This document shows positions 16,411 through 20,000 of a stretch of DNA of 20,000 nt, one piece after another. Location: positions 56,047-76,046 of IMG/VR virus record IMGVR_UViG_3300042519_001519. One strand, written 5' to 3'. The position numbers were made by a program, and so were the translations under genes. The notes beneath the pieces were generated by a model. That model was given only the letters and a program-made list of their open reading frames with translations, ran no database searches and had not been told where the DNA came from. Positions within the stretch are counted from its first letter, which is position 1; every line of letters starts with the position of its first letter. Origin of the DNA: an uncultured virus (IMG/VR IMGVR_UViG_3300042519_001519). Lineage: Duplodnaviria > Heunggongvirae > Uroviricota > Caudoviricetes.

Positions 16411-16750
16411 GCAAAACTTATTATTGGTTATAGTAATTGTATTAATAGGTTATAATATATTTACTACAAACAGTATTAGAACAGACGTTAAAGGATATGA
16501 AGCCAGAATAGATTCAGTCCAAACTAAAATTGATTCAGCACAAGTAATCAATAAACAAATCGATGTTAAGATCGATTCAGTAAAAGAAAATGTAATTTCT
16601 ATTACAAAAGAAATACACCACATAGATAATACCATAACAATTGTAAAAAAACAAACAGATGAAAAAATTAATACTGTTGATAAGTTTTCTAATGCTGAGC
16701 TTGAATTCTTTTTCACAAACAGATACCACCAAGGTAACACTGCCAACTAA
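16397..16750 (+). CDS. Putative i-spanin-like protein (N-terminal TM + coiled coil)
   Basis: TM helix followed by heptad-rich region; located after the holin. Confidence 0.5.
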   Translation: MLQNKQNLLLVIVIVLIGYNIFTTNSIRTDVKGYEARIDSVQTKIDSAQVINKQIDVKIDSVKENVISITKEIHHIDNTITIVKKQTDEKINTVDKFSNAELEFFFTNRYHQGNTAN

Positions 16751-17057
16751 GGTAGTAAGACTAGCAGCAAAAGATTTAGTTCGCTATGATGGATGTAAGG
16801 TAGAATTAAAACTTACTCAAGATAAAGTAATTAAATTACAGGAAAGAGAAGTACAAAAAGATACTATCATCAACTTCTTAACTGTTAAAGATAAGAACAA
16901 TCAGTTCATCATTGGACAGAAAGATGTTCAAATTGGAGAGTACAAAGGAATGACTGATGACTTAAAGAAAGAATTAAAAGGTCAAAGGAATAAAACATTC
17001 TGGTATAAAGTGTTAGCTTTTGTAAGCATATCCACAACACTATACTTCGCAAAATAA
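16659..17057 (+). CDS. Putative spanin partner (signal peptide, coiled coil, C-terminal TM)
   Basis: MKKLILLISFLMLSLNSFS|Q signal; overlaps the previous gene by 92 nt in another frame; hydrophobic C-terminus. Confidence 0.5.
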   Translation: MKKLILLISFLMLSLNSFSQTDTTKVTLPTKVVRLAAKDLVRYDGCKVELKLTQDKVIKLQEREVQKDTIINFLTVKDKNNQFIIGQKDVQIGEYKGMTDDLKKELKGQRNKTFWYKVLAFVSISTTLYFAK

Positions 17058-17064
17058 ATTAAAT

Positions 17065-17092
17065 AAGGCTTGTTTTTACAGGCCTTTTTTCT
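17065..17092 (+). terminator. Intrinsic terminator overlapping a promoter
   Basis: AAGGCTTGT-TTTT-ACAGGCCTT followed by TTTTCT. Confidence 0.75.
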
Positions 17093-17100
17093 TATATTAT
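17070..17100 (+). promoter_or_regulatory. Putative promoter TTG-N20-TATATTAT
   Basis: TTG at 17070-17072, TATATT from 17093. Confidence 0.65.
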
Positions 17101-17120
17101 AGTTATATAAAAATGTTATT

Positions 17121-17390
17121 ATGAACGACAGAGAAGCGATCTTTACTATTGACGAGCCAAGTCAAAAGAAAGAACTAGTAAACCATCCAAACCATTACGG
17201 AGGAAAAGATAATCCCTACGAAGCCATAAAAGTTATTGAAGCCTGGAATTTAGGTTTCTGTTTAGGAAATACCGTTAAGTATATTGCCAGAGCTGGAAAG
17301 AAAGATGCTACAGTTCAAGAGCTTGAAAAAGCTTTATGGTACTTAGAAAGAGAAATCAAAAAACTAAAGGATGGTAAAAAAAACTCTTAA
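17121..17390 (+). CDS. DUF3310 protein (T7 gp1.7/SaV-like, putative nucleotide kinase)
   Basis: VNHPNHYGG, EAIKVI, GFCLGNTVKYIARAGKK, LEKALWYLEREI. Confidence 0.85.
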   Translation: MNDREAIFTIDEPSQKKELVNHPNHYGGKDNPYEAIKVIEAWNLGFCLGNTVKYIARAGKKDATVQELEKALWYLEREIKKLKDGKKNS

Positions 17391-18312
17391 ACAGGTAAGC
17401 CTGATAAGAGACTTCTGTAATCCAGTTATAGATTACAATATCAGCAAATCCATATCGTATAGTCAGACCTTAGCATACAATACTTGTCCACACCAATGGG
17501 CATTGAAATATGTTAAAGGATTGCAAGAGTATAAGCCTTCCATTCATACAGTCTTTGGCACAGCAGTACATGAAGTAATGCAGGAATGGTTAACAGAACT
17601 CTATGAAGGAACAGTAAAGAAGTCAAATGAAATGAATTTGAATGCTCTTCTACTGGAGAAAATGCACACAATTTATGCTCACGAGAAAGAAAAGTACGGA
17701 AAACATTTCTCTACCTCTCAAGAGCTTTCTGAGTTTCATAATGATGGTATTGAAATTCTAGAGTACGTTCGTAAGAAACGCTCTGTTTACTTCGGTACCA
17801 AGTACTATAAGCTGGTTGGAGTAGAAATTCCTCTTATACATAAAATATCTGACAATGTTTTCTTCAAAGGGTATATCGATATTGTTCTCTACGATGACCA
17901 AGACGATAAGTATATCATTTTAGATATCAAAACATCAACTTCAGGATGGAATGACTACGCAAAGAAAGATGATAAAAAGCTAGCACAGTTACTTCTTTAT
18001 AAAGAATTCCTAGCAAGACAATTTGATATAGATGTTGATAAGGTAGATGTAAAATATTTTATTGTAAAGAGAAAGGTTCCTAAAGATCCAGAATTTGCAG
18101 CAATGGGTAGAAGAGTTCAAGAGTTTGTACCTCCATCAGGAAAGATTAAAAGAGGTCAAGCCACTACAGCACTTACAAAATTTATTAACGATGCTTTTGA
18201 TAGTCATGGACAGTACATCGATAAAGAGTACGACAAGACTCCTTCAAGATCAAATTGTATGTTCTGTGAATTTAAAGGAACAGAGCACTGTCATGCAGGT
18301 GTTTTAGGATAA
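17371..18312 (+). CDS. PD-(D/E)xK exonuclease (Cas4/AddB-like, Fe-S cysteines)
   Basis: SYSQ...CP, GTAVHE, GYIDIV, ILDIKT, QLLLY, C-terminal CMFCEF....HC. Confidence 0.85.
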   Translation: MVKKTLKQVSLIRDFCNPVIDYNISKSISYSQTLAYNTCPHQWALKYVKGLQEYKPSIHTVFGTAVHEVMQEWLTELYEGTVKKSNEMNLNALLLEKMHTIYAHEKEKYGKHFSTSQELSEFHNDGIEILEYVRKKRSVYFGTKYYKLVGVEIPLIHKISDNVFFKGYIDIVLYDDQDDKYIILDIKTSTSGWNDYAKKDDKKLAQLLLYKEFLARQFDIDVDKVDVKYFIVKRKVPKDPEFAAMGRRVQEFVPPSGKIKRGQATTALTKFINDAFDSHGQYIDKEYDKTPSRSNCMFCEFKGTEHCHAGVLG

Positions 18313-18347
18313 GGGTATATTTATATATACATATAATTATATAAACA

Positions 18348-18530
18348 ATGAACACTAAAAAATTAACATCGGTTAAGGTAGAAGAAGATCTTCTACAGGA
18401 ATTTAAAGAACAGTGCGTAAGGCATAAATTTTCTCTACAAAAGCTTGTAGACAGAGCAATTTTTTTATATCTTACAGAAGATAACTTCAAGCAAAAGTTA
18501 CACACACAAACAAATATTAAATTAAAATAG
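18348..18530 (+). CDS. Ribbon-helix-helix DNA-binding protein
   Basis: KKLTSVKVEEDLLQEFKEQC...SLQKLVDRAIFLYL strand-helix-helix pattern. Confidence 0.6.
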   Translation: MNTKKLTSVKVEEDLLQEFKEQCVRHKFSLQKLVDRAIFLYLTEDNFKQKLHTQTNIKLK

Positions 18531-18534
18531 TTAC

Positions 18535-19977
18535 ATGAAAGAAAAATTTCGTTATGTTAAGAAGGAGGATCGTAAAAAGATTCTCTTGTTATGCGATGAT
18601 ATTAGGATGCATTCCGGTATCGCAACTATGGCCAGAGAGATTGTTGTAGGAACATCTCACCACTTTAATTGGGTCAATTTAGGAGCAGCTATCAATCATC
18701 CAGAAGCAGGTAAAGCATTTAATATCTCAGCTGAGGTAGGAAAGTTAAACGGTATAGAAGATGCTGATGTAAAGGTAATTCCTAACAATGGTTATGGAGA
18801 TGCTATGCAAATAAGAAATTTAATTGCTCAAGAAAAACCAGACGCTATTTTTATATTTACTGATCCAAGATACTGGACTTGGTTGTTTGAAATAGAAAGA
18901 GAGATTAGAAATGAAATTCCTTTAATGTATTTAAACATTTGGGATGACTATCCAGCACCTCTGTATAATAAACCTTACTACGAGTCATGTGACTTATTGA
19001 TGGCAATCTCAAAACAAACTAAAAATATTAATGAAATAGTTTTAGGAGAAGCAGCTAAGGGTAAGCTACTTAAGTATGTTCCTCATGGAATAAACGATAA
19101 GCATTTCTTTCCTATGACTTCAGTAGATGAATTAGAAACACTAGGTAAATTTAAGAAAGACTTATTCCAAGGAAAAGATATCGAGTTCGTAGCATTCTTC
19201 AACTCTAGAAACATTAGAAGAAAATCTCCAGGAGATGTAATTCTTTCTTATAGAATGTTCTGTGATTTGATCGGAGAAGAGAAAGCTAAGAAATGTGCCC
19301 TTGTAATGCATACACAAGCTGTAGATGAAAATGGTACAGATCTTTATGCAGTAAGAGAAGCAATTTGTGATGACAGTTATGTAAATGTATTCTTCTCACA
19401 AGAGAGATTAGATACTCCACATATGAACTTACTGTATAATATAGCAGACGTTGGAATGCTTATCACTTCAAATGAAGGATGGGGGTTGTCTTTAACTGAA
19501 ACTATGATGGCTGGTAAGATGATTATTGCCAACGTAACAGGTGGTATGCAAGATCAAATGAGATTTACAGATGAGAACGGTAAGTGGATTGACTTCACTT
19601 CAGACTTCCCTTCTAATCATAGAGGAACATATAAGGAGTGTGGTGAGTGGGCAGTCCCTGTATTCCCTTCAAACATTTCAATGGTAGGCTCAGTTCCAAC
19701 TCCTTATATCTTTGATGATAGATGTCGACCAGAAGATGTAGCTAAAGCTTTAGAAGAAGTTTACAACATGGGTAAAGAGGAAAGAAACAGAAGAGGAGCA
19801 CTAGCAAGAGAATGGGTAACATCAGATGAATCAGGAATGTCAGCACGTCAGATGTGTGAGAATGTACTTGATTCAATGGATGAAACATTTGAGAAGTTTG
19901 TTCCTAGAACTAGATTTGATCTTTACAAAATAGAGGACCGACCAAAAAAATATATCACACATAAATTAATATACTAG
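18535..19977 (+). CDS. GT-B glycosyltransferase (GT4-like)
   Basis: KKILLLCDD...SGIA, YVPHGI, NSRNIRRK, SNEGWGLSLTETMMAG (EX7E motif), TGGMQDQ. Confidence 0.88.
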   Translation: MKEKFRYVKKEDRKKILLLCDDIRMHSGIATMAREIVVGTSHHFNWVNLGAAINHPEAGKAFNISAEVGKLNGIEDADVKVIPNNGYGDAMQIRNLIAQEKPDAIFIFTDPRYWTWLFEIEREIRNEIPLMYLNIWDDYPAPLYNKPYYESCDLLMAISKQTKNINEIVLGEAAKGKLLKYVPHGINDKHFFPMTSVDELETLGKFKKDLFQGKDIEFVAFFNSRNIRRKSPGDVILSYRMFCDLIGEEKAKKCALVMHTQAVDENGTDLYAVREAICDDSYVNVFFSQERLDTPHMNLLYNIADVGMLITSNEGWGLSLTETMMAGKMIIANVTGGMQDQMRFTDENGKWIDFTSDFPSNHRGTYKECGEWAVPVFPSNISMVGSVPTPYIFDDRCRPEDVAKALEEVYNMGKEERNRRGALAREWVTSDESGMSARQMCENVLDSMDETFEKFVPRTRFDLYKIEDRPKKYITHKLIY

Positions 19978-19979
19978 TT

Positions 19980-20000
19980 ATGAGTAAACCTACATTAGTA
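19980..20000 (+). CDS. Start of the next gene (MSKPTLV...), truncated by the window edge
   Basis: AGTTATG context immediately after the glycosyltransferase stop. Confidence 0.45.

Noticed and set aside
18095..18307. Alternative-frame ORF within the exonuclease
   Set aside because: Nested and without recognisable features.
17371..18312. Cas4-like protein as evidence of CRISPR-Cas
   Set aside because: No repeat-spacer array or other cas genes are visible; solo Cas4-like exonucleases are common in phages.
18293..18323. Possible seventh promoter copy (ATG-N20-TATATTTA)
   Set aside because: The upstream box mismatches and lies in coding sequence; treated only as a TATTTAT site.
1498..18505. Minus-strand ORFs in the track (1498, 2484, 2920, 5345, 5875, 6464, 7751, 8883, 11935, 12791, 16155, 16450, 18272)
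   Set aside because: All are antisense shadows of well-supported + strand genes, with no recognisable motifs.
1..20000. tRNA, rRNA, IS elements, CRISPR arrays, stop-codon recoding
   Set aside because: None recognisable; intergenic gaps are short and genes end normally at TAA/TAG/TGA under the standard code.

Overview
AT-rich, gene-dense segment with all credible genes on the + strand. It is most likely from a large lytic dsDNA phage of Bacteroidota (Flavobacteriales-like): starts lack Shine-Dalgarno sequences, signal peptides are cleaved before Gln, promoters resemble the -33/-7 type, and DUF4494 and Hc1-like genes are present. Positions ~970-8700 hold a 7-deazaguanine DNA-hypermodification cluster: QueD, QueE, FolE, QueF, a DpdA3-like transglycosylase and a PurN-like formyltransferase (DpdN), predicting formyl-preQ1 (fdPreQ1) DNA. 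QueC is not in the window. The cluster is interleaved with a phosphoribosyltransferase, a MazG-like pyrophosphatase and a P-loop kinase. It is followed by a divergent family A DNA polymerase, GroES/GroEL, a lysis cassette (holins, GH19 endolysin, spanin-like pair), DUF3310, a Cas4/RecB-like exonuclease, an RHH protein and a GT4 glycosyltransferase. The most striking unannotated signal is two copies of a short covarying RNA motif (454-480 and 4042-4068) that closely resembles the preQ1-I riboswitch aptamer. Each copy lies between a putative promoter and a start codon, one heading the queD/queE operon and one heading folE, which suggests riboswitch feedback control of phage DNA-modification precursor synthesis. 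A conserved TTG-N20-TAT(A/C)TT promoter occurs 5-6 times, and three copies are built into intrinsic terminator hairpins. All protein calls come from motif recognition by eye; no searches were run.
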